Of a stretch of 64,000 nucleotides of DNA, positions 9,049 to 16,967 are shown in pieces. How positions within the stretch are numbered: position 1 is the stretch's first letter; every line of letters starts with the position of its first letter. The stretch covers positions 1,944 to 65,943 of the forward strand of contig CAZCSK010000005.1 of assembly GCA_964501265.1 (NCBI GenBank). The letters run 5' to 3'. This DNA comes from an uncultured Actinomycetes bacterium (GTDB taxonomy: Bacteria; Actinomycetota; CADDZG01; JAHWKV01). The notes below the pieces were generated by a model. That model searched no databases and was not told where the DNA came from. It saw only the letters and a list, made by a program, of their open reading frames with translations. The position numbers were made by a program, and so were the translations under genes.

Positions 9049-10803
9049 CTAATCGGGGACGCTGGTTCTTGCCTGCGCATCGCTTGGTTGGACGACGTCT
9101 CCGGAACGGTCCGGGGTCGAAGAGGGGACCCCTTCACGAGGAAGGAGCGACCCCGGGCCGATCCCGAGACGTCGCAGCGCGAATTGCATGACTTCCTTGA
9201 ATATGGGGGCCGCGGTCACGCCCCCCCAGATGGGAGAGGGTTCGTCGAGGATCACTCCCACGACGAGCTTGGGGTCGGCCGCCGGGGCAAAGCCGATAAA
9301 GCTGCCGATGTAACCCGAATAGCCCGCCGCATCGGTTCGCGGCTTTTGCGCCGTCCCCGTCTTGCCGGCGACCTGATAGCCATCGATTGCCGCCTCGCGG
9401 CCGGTGCCGTACTTGTCTGCCGTGACCCCTATCAGGATCTCGGTCAGTTGCCGCGCAGTGGTCGGACTGATTACACGTCGCGCTGGGAGGCTCGGGGGGG
9501 CGCTTTCGTCAAGGACGAGCCGCGGCGAAACCGCCAGACCCCCGTTGGCGACTGTTGAGTAGACCTGCACGATCTGCATCGCCGTGACGGCGACCCCCTG
9601 GCCGATCGCGATCGTGGGCAGTGAGGACGATGACCACGTGTTTGGTTTGGGCACTATCCCAGCCCCCTCGCCGGGAAATCCCAGTCCGGTGGGCTTTCCA
9701 TAGCCGAATTTCATGAGAGATTCGTAGAGCCTGTCCTTACCGACCTGCTGCGCCACCTTGATGACACCCACATTCGATGATCGTTGCAGGACTTCAGCAA
9801 AAGTAATGTCCCACACGGCGTGAGGATGGGCATCGTGAAAGACCTTCGTCCCGACCTTCAGGTTGTCGGGCACCCGCATGACGTCCGCTGGTCGAACTGT
9901 TCCCGACTCCAAAGCCGCTGCGGCCATGATTACCTTGTTCGCTGACCCGGGCTCGTATATGTCGATCAGGGCGCGGTTGCGTCTGTCCCCATCCGCGCTC
10001 GACTTGACATCATTGGGATCAAACGTCGGCAGGTTAGCCATTGCCAGAATCTCTCCGGTCTCGGGGTTCGCCACTACGACAGTTCCGCCTTTGGCACCCC
10101 AAGCCTCGATCCCCTTTGCCAATGCCGTCTCCGCAACGAACTGGATCTGCTTGTCGATGGTGAGGCGGAGGTCGCCCCCGGAAACCGGCTGACGCACCAT
10201 CGACTTTCCCGAAGGGATCGGCCTGCCCTGCGTATCGATTTCCGACAGGCTGTACCCGGGCTGCCCTGCCAATACTTTGTCGTAGCGGCTCTCCAGACCG
10301 GCAAGGCCCGAGTTCTCGAAGCCAGTAAAGCCAACGATGTGTGAGGCAAGTTGTCCGGAGGGATAGACGCGCTTTGATTCAGCCACAACACCGATCCCTG
10401 GGATCTGCATGGACTTAACCTTGGCGCCCAACGCGGGCTCAATCTTTCTCGCGAGATACACAAAACCCGTGTCGCGTCTCAGCTTCTCCTCGATCGCCGC
10501 CTGATCGACACCGAGGACGGGTGCAACAAGGACGGCCGCAGCTGAGGCGTCGGTAATAAAGCGTGGATTCGCATAAACGGTGTTCATCTCAATGGAGATC
10601 CCCAGATCAGCGCCGTTTCGGTCAGAGATCGAGCCGCGCTGAGCCTCAAGGACAGTCCTGCGCTCTCGCTGAACGGCCGCGAGCGCGGTGAACCGATCCT
10701 TCCCCATCACCTGGAGCCAAAACAGGCGCCCCGTCATCACACCCAGACTCATCAAGAACGCTACGAGGAGGGCTATCAACCTAAAGGCTGATCTTGCCCT
10801 CAT
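9049..10803 (-). CDS. ftsI: Septal penicillin-binding transpeptidase
   Basis: N-terminal TM, RGSI.DR, EPGSANK (SxxK), SSN, KTGTAQ. Confidence 0.94.
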   Translation of the reverse strand: MRARSAFRLIALLVAFLMSLGVMTGRLFWLQVMGKDRFTALAAVQRERRTVLEAQRGSISDRNGADLGISIEMNTVYANPRFITDASAAAVLVAPVLGVDQAAIEEKLRRDTGFVYLARKIEPALGAKVKSMQIPGIGVVAESKRVYPSGQLASHIVGFTGFENSGLAGLESRYDKVLAGQPGYSLSEIDTQGRPIPSGKSMVRQPVSGGDLRLTIDKQIQFVAETALAKGIEAWGAKGGTVVVANPETGEILAMANLPTFDPNDVKSSADGDRRNRALIDIYEPGSANKVIMAAAALESGTVRPADVMRVPDNLKVGTKVFHDAHPHAVWDITFAEVLQRSSNVGVIKVAQQVGKDRLYESLMKFGYGKPTGLGFPGEGAGIVPKPNTWSSSSLPTIAIGQGVAVTAMQIVQVYSTVANGGLAVSPRLVLDESAPPSLPARRVISPTTARQLTEILIGVTADKYGTGREAAIDGYQVAGKTGTAQKPRTDAAGYSGYIGSFIGFAPAADPKLVVGVILDEPSPIWGGVTAAPIFKEVMQFALRRLGIGPGSLLPREGVPSSTPDRSGDVVQPSDAQARTSVPD

Positions 10804-11294
10804 CGGCCAGCCGCTTCGACGCCCGTCTGCGACGCGTCCCCCGTTGGATTCGAGGGCCCAACAAGATATTCCTGCTCCCCCGGCGGTACCAACCCGAGTT
10901 GAGTGGCAATCTCCGCGACCTTCTCCGGAGATTCCGCCCTTGCCACTTCGAACCGCATCCGTCGATACTTCGCTTCTTCTCGGATCGCACTGCTCTCGAT
11001 TTGGGCCAGAGTGAACGAACTTTGTGCGAGGTAGATATTCAGCAGCACCAGGCCGAAGACGAAGGCCGCGACCGTTACAACCATCGCCGCGGCAAACGCA
11101 ATCGTGGGGCGGCCGATTTTGATGGAAAGGGACTTTGGCGCGATCCGACGGGCCGAGGCCGGCGCGGTTCGGCTTGCGGGGGCCGGGGAGGTAGCAGCGG
11201 CGCCACCGGGGATTACCCGCAGACGCGGCCTGTCGGTTCTGGTCCGTTGAGGTTGCGGTCGCCGAGCGGGAACCTGCCGGGATGACATCGCCAT
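10800..11294 (-). CDS. ftsL: FtsL-like cell division protein
   Basis: Lies between rsmH and ftsI. One TM, then a coiled coil ending A..LGL. Confidence 0.7.
   Translation of the reverse strand: MAMSSRQVPARRPQPQRTRTDRPRLRVIPGGAAATSPAPASRTAPASARRIAPKSLSIKIGRPTIAFAAAMVVTVAAFVFGLVLLNIYLAQSSFTLAQIESSAIREEAKYRRMRFEVARAESPEKVAEIATQLGLVPPGEQEYLVGPSNPTGDASQTGVEAAGR
11177..11204 (+). repeat. Degenerate left arm of the element in ftsL
   Basis: CGGGGGCCGGGGAGGTAGCAGCGGCGCC. Peptide AAATSPAP versus AAATPPNP in FtsW. Confidence 0.5.
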
Positions 11295-12286
11295 TACGCT
11301 GCGCTCAATTTCTCAGCCGCCCTCAAGCGCCCGCTCTCGGACCGGCGATTGTCGGCGACTTCCTTAGGCGACGGCCGGATTGGCCTTTTAGTCAGTACCC
11401 GTGCCGACGCCTGCTTACCGCAAACACACACGGGAAAGTCTCGCGGACAAGTGCACCCGGCGGCCCATGCCGCGAAGGTGCGTTTGACGATGCGGTCCTC
11501 CAGGGAGTGATAACTGATCGCCACAATTCGGCCCTCGGGCTTCAGCACTTCATGAGCCGCCTCCAACGACACTTTCAATGATTCGAGTTCCTGATTCACG
11601 TGAATGCGAAGCGCCTGAAATGTCCGCCTCGCCGGGTGTGGCCCGGACCGTCGGGTCGCCGCAGGAATCGCCGCACGAACGACTTCCGCTAAATCTCCGG
11701 CGTCGGCAAAGGGTTCTTTTTCTCGACGGCGCACGATTGACCGGGCGATCCGACGCGCGTATCTATCTTCCCCGTATCGAAAGATGATGTCGGCCAGGTC
11801 TTGTGGCGAATAGGTGTTCACAACGTCCGCCGCTGTTTGGCCAGATGAAGCATCCATACGCATATCGATAGGAGCACCCCGGCGATATTGGAAGCCTCGA
11901 TGGGGGCGATCCAGCTGGAAAGATGAGACCCCAAGGTCGTAAAGGAGCGCCGCAACTTCCCCCCTGAAGTGTTCGCGGACGATTTGCGCGACTTCGGTGA
12001 AGTTAGCGTGGACGGCGACGAATCGCTTGCCGTAGGGGGCGAGCCGGCGGCGAGCCGCGTCGATAGCGTCTGCATCGCGGTCGATTCCGATAACATCGAC
12101 GCCGTCGATGCCGGAGAGGATGCGCTCGGCGTGTCCGCCCCCGCCCAGAGTGCAATCGACGAGGACATCGCCCGACTTAAGCGCAGGCTGAAGCCATTCA
12201 AAGACTTCTGCAGCGAGGACGGGAACGTGAACGTCAATAGACCAATCCTCGGCCTCACCGGCCCCAATGGTGGGATCATCGGGCAC
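11294..12286 (-). CDS. rsmH: 16S rRNA m4C1402 methyltransferase
   Basis: HVPVL, DCTLGGGGH, DLGVSS.QLD, DMRMD, FQALRI.VN.EL, SYHSLEDR. Confidence 0.97.
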   Translation of the reverse strand: MPDDPTIGAGEAEDWSIDVHVPVLAAEVFEWLQPALKSGDVLVDCTLGGGGHAERILSGIDGVDVIGIDRDADAIDAARRRLAPYGKRFVAVHANFTEVAQIVREHFRGEVAALLYDLGVSSFQLDRPHRGFQYRRGAPIDMRMDASSGQTAADVVNTYSPQDLADIIFRYGEDRYARRIARSIVRRREKEPFADAGDLAEVVRAAIPAATRRSGPHPARRTFQALRIHVNQELESLKVSLEAAHEVLKPEGRIVAISYHSLEDRIVKRTFAAWAAGCTCPRDFPVCVCGKQASARVLTKRPIRPSPKEVADNRRSESGRLRAAEKLSAA

Positions 12287-12289
12287 CTA

Positions 12290-12418
12290 TCACCTGAAGG
12301 CTTGAACGACCAGCAGGGCCATACCAAGGTACGCGCCCAGGGTCGTCGCAACCATCGCCAGAAGGAAGAAAGTCTCGGAAACTTCCTTCATTAATACACG
12401 AGCCGGCACTGCGTCCAT
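12290..12418 (-). CDS. Small 42-aa hydrophobic protein
   Basis: MDAVPARVLMKEVSETFFLLAMVATTLGAYLGMALLVVQAFR. SD AAGGGGAG upstream. Stop lies 3 nt before the rsmH start. Confidence 0.6.
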   Translation of the reverse strand: MDAVPARVLMKEVSETFFLLAMVATTLGAYLGMALLVVQAFR

Positions 12419-12433
12419 GTTTTCTCCCCTTCC

Positions 12434-12856
12434 TTATGCGTCGAGTTGTTCTGCTATTGCTTCGTAGGCACCTTCAACGGATCTGCGGTACTCCGCCCAC
12501 ACTCCCCGATCCCAAATCTCCGCTCGGCCGGAAACGCCGATCAGGATCACTTCCTTGCGTAGCCCGGCGTATTCCCGCAAGCCCGAGGGGATGTTCATGC
12601 GGCCAGAGCGGTCGACCTGCTCCTCCGAGGCCGAAGCAAAGAACAAACGGTTGTGATCACGATTCGCCTTGCGGTTCGGGGACAGGTCCTCCAGCTGCGA
12701 AGCCCGCTCCTCGAAGCGCTCCCGGGTCATGACGTAAAGGCAACGGTCCAGACCAACGGTGACCACAACTCCGTCCTTTAGTTCTTCCCGCCACTTGGAC
12801 GGCACATGGACACGCCCCTTGGCGTCGACGCTGTGCCGAAACTCTCCCAAAAGCAT
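12434..12856 (-). CDS. mraZ: Division/cell wall cluster repressor
   Basis: Two DxxGR motifs (DAKGRV, DRSGRM), EIWD. First gene of dcw. Confidence 0.96.
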   Translation of the reverse strand: MLLGEFRHSVDAKGRVHVPSKWREELKDGVVVTVGLDRCLYVMTRERFEERASQLEDLSPNRKANRDHNRLFFASASEEQVDRSGRMNIPSGLREYAGLRKEVILIGVSGRAEIWDRGVWAEYRRSVEGAYEAIAEQLDA

Positions 12857-12895
12857 CCGTGCGCTCCATAAGTCTCTAATATTGAGGTGGGTTCA

Positions 12896-12936
12896 CCACT
12901 TTGCGCCACAATACGCCCCTCATGGGCCACCGTCAA
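12896..12936 (-). promoter_or_regulatory. dcw promoter overlapped by MraZ-type direct repeats
   Basis: Minus strand TTGACG-17nt-TATTGT. GTGG/GGGG/GTGG/GTGG at 11, 10, 10 nt spacing. Confidence 0.75.
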
Positions 12937-12990
12937 TGCATTTCGGCAATAAATAGGGAAGACTTTAGGAGCCCAGGCATGACCAAGGAA

Positions 12991-13008
12991 AATTACATTG
13001 ATGTAGTT
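12991..13008. promoter_or_regulatory. Palindromic operator resembling the McdR (Rv1830) motif
   Basis: AATTACA-TTGA-TGTAGTT versus recalled AATnACAnnnnTGTnATT (one mismatch). Confidence 0.45.
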
Positions 13009-13052
13009 CCTACCCACGGCCCGGGGACGGGACGTAAGTAGGCTGGGGATAA

Positions 13053-13544
13053 TCAGCTCAGATAAGCGGCCCAGTCCGCGGGTGGCTGCCCTGCGGCAAG
13101 GATCCAAAAGGCGCCGTCCTGGGGAGCGACTGGCGTTCGCTGCAGCTTAAGCCCCGCCTGGTGAGGAGACCGGTTCTCCTTGCGGGCGTTGCATCGACGG
13201 CAGCAGGCCACGACGTTGTCCCAGGTATGGGTCCCGCCTTTCGAGCGAGCCGTTACGTGATCGACATTTTCTGCCGCCGCTCCGCAGTACTGACATTCAA
13301 AAGCATCTCGAATGAAGACTGCTCGGCGCGACAGCGTCGTCCTCGCCCTGTACGGAACCCTGACAAAATACCGAAGGCGCACGACCGAAGGAACGTCGAT
13401 CACGAGTTTCTCCGAATGCCATTGATCTCCATTTGCAGTGTGCTCGATCACGGCCTTCGACTTGAGGACAAGACAAATAGCCCGCCGGACCGCAACTACG
13501 CCCAGCGGCTGATAGGTGGCGTTTAACACGAGCGCTTTCCCCAC
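13053..13544 (-). CDS. HNH endonuclease (McrA-like actinobacterial type)
   Basis: LVLNATY.PL, PSVVRL, RD...CQYCG...DHV...GG..TWDNVV.CC..CN..K. Confidence 0.9.
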   Translation of the reverse strand: MGKALVLNATYQPLGVVAVRRAICLVLKSKAVIEHTANGDQWHSEKLVIDVPSVVRLRYFVRVPYRARTTLSRRAVFIRDAFECQYCGAAAENVDHVTARSKGGTHTWDNVVACCRRCNARKENRSPHQAGLKLQRTPVAPQDGAFWILAAGQPPADWAAYLS

Positions 13545-13579
13545 TGCTTGACTCCTTCGAGACCAACCAAAAAAGTATA

Positions 13580-13602
13580 CGGGGGGTTCGGAGGGGGTGG
13601 CG
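13580..13602 (+). repeat. Left-arm fragment of the element (intergenic)
   Basis: CGGGGGGTTCGGAGGGGGTGGCG. Confidence 0.55.
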
Positions 13603-13613
13603 TTCGCCGACGA

Positions 13614-14714
13614 CTACGGCTGGATAGCACCTTTTGGCTCGGGTAACTTCGGGTCCACACCATCGATCAAATCCGCCACTGCCCTGCCAAGACGGGGCGC
13701 AAATTTGAAACCGTGTCCGCTGCATGCTGACATCACGATCATTCCGTCCTGACCAAAGATCAAGAAGTCTTCGCTTGCCGTGTTCGTGTAAAGACAAGTC
13801 TCAGCCGCGGCCACATACAACGGTTGTCCTACAACGCGGCTCGCCCACTCGACCGCCGGAGCCGTGCCCGCCAAAGATGTCGGAAACGGGCCGTCTTCGG
13901 GGTCGACGTGGAACCCGTAATGATGAAGTCCAACTTTCATTCCGGGCGCGCCGTGAACTGCAGGGATCAAGTAGTGAGGTGGAGAAGTCCAATCGATCAC
14001 GATTGGGGATTTACTGGCCGAGGGCACTTCACTAGCCGCGGACGCGAGGTACGCAACTTGTTCGAGAGTCACAAACAGAGGAAGGTCCAGTCCGAACGTC
14101 TTCGCCAGGGGGCGCGCCCAGGGCCCCGCGGCCATTACAACTATCGATGCGACGAATCTTCCGGCGCTGGTCAAGAGTTCAACACTTCCGTCGGAGCACG
14201 GCAGGATCGACGCAACGCGCACGCCGCATGAAACTTGTCCCCCGACTTGCCGAGTGAGATCAATTTGCAAGTCAATCGTCTTCCGGCAATCAATCACCGC
14301 CGCGTCGCGTTGAAAGACCGCAGACTCATAGCCAAGATTGAGTCCGAATGCGTCAGCTGCCTGTCCTGCGTCAATTGTCTCGAAGGCGACGCCCCTCTCG
14401 GCCATCGCGGCGGCGCAGGCAGTCGCTCCGGGCCCAATGTCCAGTCCACCGGTCACGGAAAGAAGAGACTCCTTGGTATCTCTCTCCAGCCTTCTCCAGT
14501 CGCTCAGCGCCTGGACGGCCAACTCGACGTAGCCGGGGTCGGGATAGGAAAGCCGAAAGATCCGAGTGGGCCCGTGCGACGAGCCGCGGCTGTGGCCCGG
14601 CTCGAAGCGCTCCAAGACCCTGACGCTTCGGCCTCTGCGGGCAAGCTCAAGAGCCGCTGACGCGCCCATCACTCCCCCACCTACAACAATTATTTCCGAC
14701 TCTAAGCTGGAAAT
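13614..14714 (-). CDS. FAD-dependent oxidase, sarcosine oxidase/N-methyltryptophan oxidase family (start uncertain)
   Basis: IIVVGGGVMG Rossmann motif, GSSHG.TRI.R, CLYT, SGHGFKF. Confidence 0.85.
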   Translation of the reverse strand: MSSLESEIIVVGGGVMGASAALELARRGRSVRVLERFEPGHSRGSSHGPTRIFRLSYPDPGYVELAVQALSDWRRLERDTKESLLSVTGGLDIGPGATACAAAMAERGVAFETIDAGQAADAFGLNLGYESAVFQRDAAVIDCRKTIDLQIDLTRQVGGQVSCGVRVASILPCSDGSVELLTSAGRFVASIVVMAAGPWARPLAKTFGLDLPLFVTLEQVAYLASAASEVPSASKSPIVIDWTSPPHYLIPAVHGAPGMKVGLHHYGFHVDPEDGPFPTSLAGTAPAVEWASRVVGQPLYVAAAETCLYTNTASEDFLIFGQDGMIVMSACSGHGFKFAPRLGRAVADLIDGVDPKLPEPKGAIQP

Positions 14715-14729
14715 GATCTTGCCCGCCCT

Positions 14730-15227
14730 TTAGCGGCTGATCCGCGCTCGCTCCTGCATCAGGTTGTCCCCAGCTTGGCGCAGGGTCTGAACGAATTCCT
14801 CCCGGTCACGCAGAAACTCCGCGACCCCTTGGTCCAGATTGCGCGTGATTTCATCGATGGCCAAGAAAAAGGACATTTGGCCCTGACGAAGCGCGTCCAA
14901 AATTTCGCCATCGTCTTTGGCGACACGAAAAATACTTCTGCCGTCGGTGATGAGTTTTACTTCTGCAAGATGCTCTTCCAATCCGGCCTTCTTGCGAAGA
15001 TATTCATAGGCTCGGCGAACTCGTTGAAGTGACATGCCACCATCGAGCAAAGCTCGAACTACCTTCAATGCGACGAGATCACGGAATCCGTATAAGCGTC
15101 TGACTCCAGGACGTCCCCCCGTCGATTGGACGGTGGGCCTAACGAGACCAATTTGATCCCAGTACCGCAGTTGATGAGTCGTGCACCCAGTGAACCGGCA
15201 TGCCTGAAGGACGGTAAACCCCTCCAT
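14730..15227 (-). CDS. MerR-family regulator, Rv1830/McdR-like
   Basis: AC..TG.T..QL.YW...GLV.P, RLY.F.DL..LKVV..LLD.G.SL, L.TDG.S. SD AAGGA before ATG 15227. Confidence 0.85.
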   Translation of the reverse strand: MEGFTVLQACRFTGCTTHQLRYWDQIGLVRPTVQSTGGRPGVRRLYGFRDLVALKVVRALLDGGMSLQRVRRAYEYLRKKAGLEEHLAEVKLITDGRSIFRVAKDDGEILDALRQGQMSFFLAIDEITRNLDQGVAEFLRDREEFVQTLRQAGDNLMQERARISR

Positions 15228-15382
15228 TGGTGTCCTTTCCTGATGAATTTTAGATGAACAACAAAACGATGAATTAAGCTGGTTTGTTTCTAACTCACTA
15301 CCTACCCAAAGCGCAAGCCGGGGACACATGTTTTTTCGATCAATGAGGAAAAAGTTTCGCGCTCTTTTAAGATTCGGCGGAT

Positions 15383-15751
15383 CTACACGCCGCGATTGCC
15401 ACCACCCCTGCGGCGACCTTCGAACTTCTCAAAAAAACCTGAGAGTGTTGGTTGGTCCTTGATTTGCTTGAGTTGATGCTGGCTCGCGGTCTTGATGTTT
15501 TGGAACGCCAGCGTCAAGCCAGCCAACATGACTCCAAAAGCAGCAAGCCCTATCAGTAGATGCGGCCGGACGAAAAAGACAACAAGAAGAGCTAAGCCAG
15601 CAACGAAGAGCATCACGCTGCGGCGGATGTTGCGAGCGTAATGCCCGGTTAGCGTCGTACTTCCCACTTCGTGAACGAACTTCGGATCGTTTTCATAGAG
15701 GCGACGTTCGATGTCCTGAAGAATCTCCTCTTCTCGATCTGATAGGGGCAT
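15383..15751 (-). CDS. DUF3040-family membrane protein
   Basis: MPLSDREEEILQDIERRLYENDPKF plus two TMs. TATAAT 6 nt before ATG (leaderless pattern). Confidence 0.8.
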   Translation of the reverse strand: MPLSDREEEILQDIERRLYENDPKFVHEVGSTTLTGHYARNIRRSVMLFVAGLALLVVFFVRPHLLIGLAAFGVMLAGLTLAFQNIKTASQHQLKQIKDQPTLSGFFEKFEGRRRGGGNRGV

Positions 15752-15758
15752 GTCTTGA

Positions 15759-16967
15759 TTATAGGCCTCCCGACCCCCCCCAGTCGTCGAGAAGTGCGCC
15801 GAAGCGCAGCGACTCATCGCCGAACCTGGAGCGCACTCGGTCAAGGGCCTGATCGGCACTCACCCAGTTCGGCCGGCGGTCGAAACTGAGCTGCTCACTG
15901 GCCGGCCACTCCGACAAGTTCGAAACCGAAACACCCAGCAGCCTGATCCGCCGGCGGCCGGGGGGCTCGGCGGTAACGAATCGCTCCAAGGGCTGCCTTG
16001 CGGTTGCATATATGCAGGTAGCAGCATCGATTTCGTGCTTTAGGGTTGACGAGCGAGTGACTGTTTGAAAGTTGGTCAGCCGGACTTTGAGCGTTACAGT
16101 GCGCCCGCTGATTCGGCTGCCTCGAAGCCGTGAGGCGACACGGTCGCAAAGGCGCAGCAGGGCTTGGAGGATCTGAACTTCCTCCGACAAGTCGCGCTCA
16201 AAGGTCTCCTCGGCGCCGACCGAGCGGGGCCGTACATCAGGGACTACGGCTCGATCGTCACGTCCGGCCGACAGCTCAGCGAGGTGACTCCCCAGCGACC
16301 CGAGCGCTCGCTCCAAAGTCGTCTTCGGAACTGCCGCCACATCCCCAATCGTTTTGAGGCCAAGGCGCTCGAGAGTAAGTTGCGTCACCTCGCCAACTCC
16401 CCAAAGGTTGCCGACTGACAATGGGTGCAGAAACTTTTTAATGCCTCCTGCGTCGACCACGACAATGCCGTCCGGCTTCGCACGCTTTGAGGCGATTTTG
16501 GCCAGAAACTTGTTCGGCGCAACTCCCACCGAAACTACAAGCCCGGTTTGTCGGAACACCTGATCCTTTAACGCCTCGGCCAAGACCGGAGAACCCGGCC
16601 ACATCCGCCGGGCGCCGGTGACATCAATGAACGCTTCATCAAGCGACAGAGGTTCCACCACAGGAGAAAAAGATTCGAAGACGGCTCGTACCTGTTGCGA
16701 TATTTCTGTATAGGACTTGAAATCGGGCTGGATGAAAATGCCATTGGGACACAAACGTCTGGCGCGAGAAGTGGGCATGGCGGAGGTCACACCGAAACGG
16801 CGGGCCTCGTACGAGGCAGAAGTCACGACCCCGCGCGACGAAGTGCCTCCTACGATTACTGGCTTTCCTTTGAGCTGCGGATCGCGAAGCGTCTCGACCG
16901 ACGCGTAGAAGGCATCGAGGTCCGCGTGCAGAATGGGGCTCGTCCAGTCTGATTCGGGGGGTCTCAA
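15759..16967 (-). CDS. dinB: DNA polymerase IV (Y family)
   Basis: ILHADLDAFYASVE, SYEAR.FG, SLDEAF, KPDG. TTG start overlaps the dnaE2 stop. Confidence 0.94.
   Translation of the reverse strand: MRPPESDWTSPILHADLDAFYASVETLRDPQLKGKPVIVGGTSSRGVVTSASYEARRFGVTSAMPTSRARRLCPNGIFIQPDFKSYTEISQQVRAVFESFSPVVEPLSLDEAFIDVTGARRMWPGSPVLAEALKDQVFRQTGLVVSVGVAPNKFLAKIASKRAKPDGIVVVDAGGIKKFLHPLSVGNLWGVGEVTQLTLERLGLKTIGDVAAVPKTTLERALGSLGSHLAELSAGRDDRAVVPDVRPRSVGAEETFERDLSEEVQILQALLRLCDRVASRLRGSRISGRTVTLKVRLTNFQTVTRSSTLKHEIDAATCIYATARQPLERFVTAEPPGRRRIRLLGVSVSNLSEWPASEQLSFDRRPNWVSADQALDRVRSRFGDESLRFGALLDDWGGSGGL

Noticed and set aside
9484-9502. GGGAGGCTCGGGGGGGCG in ftsI as an element remnant
   Set aside because: Too short and lacks TAGCAGC. 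Plausible by chance in GC-rich DNA.
13053-13544. HNH nuclease as a mobile or defence element
   Set aside because: It matches a common stand-alone actinobacterial family and has no flanking repeats or partner genes.
15765-16964. Element-like bits at both ends of dinB (GGGGGGGGTCGGGAGG and ACCCCCCGAATCA)
   Set aside because: Only 13-16 nt matches. Suggestive but not supportable without statistics.
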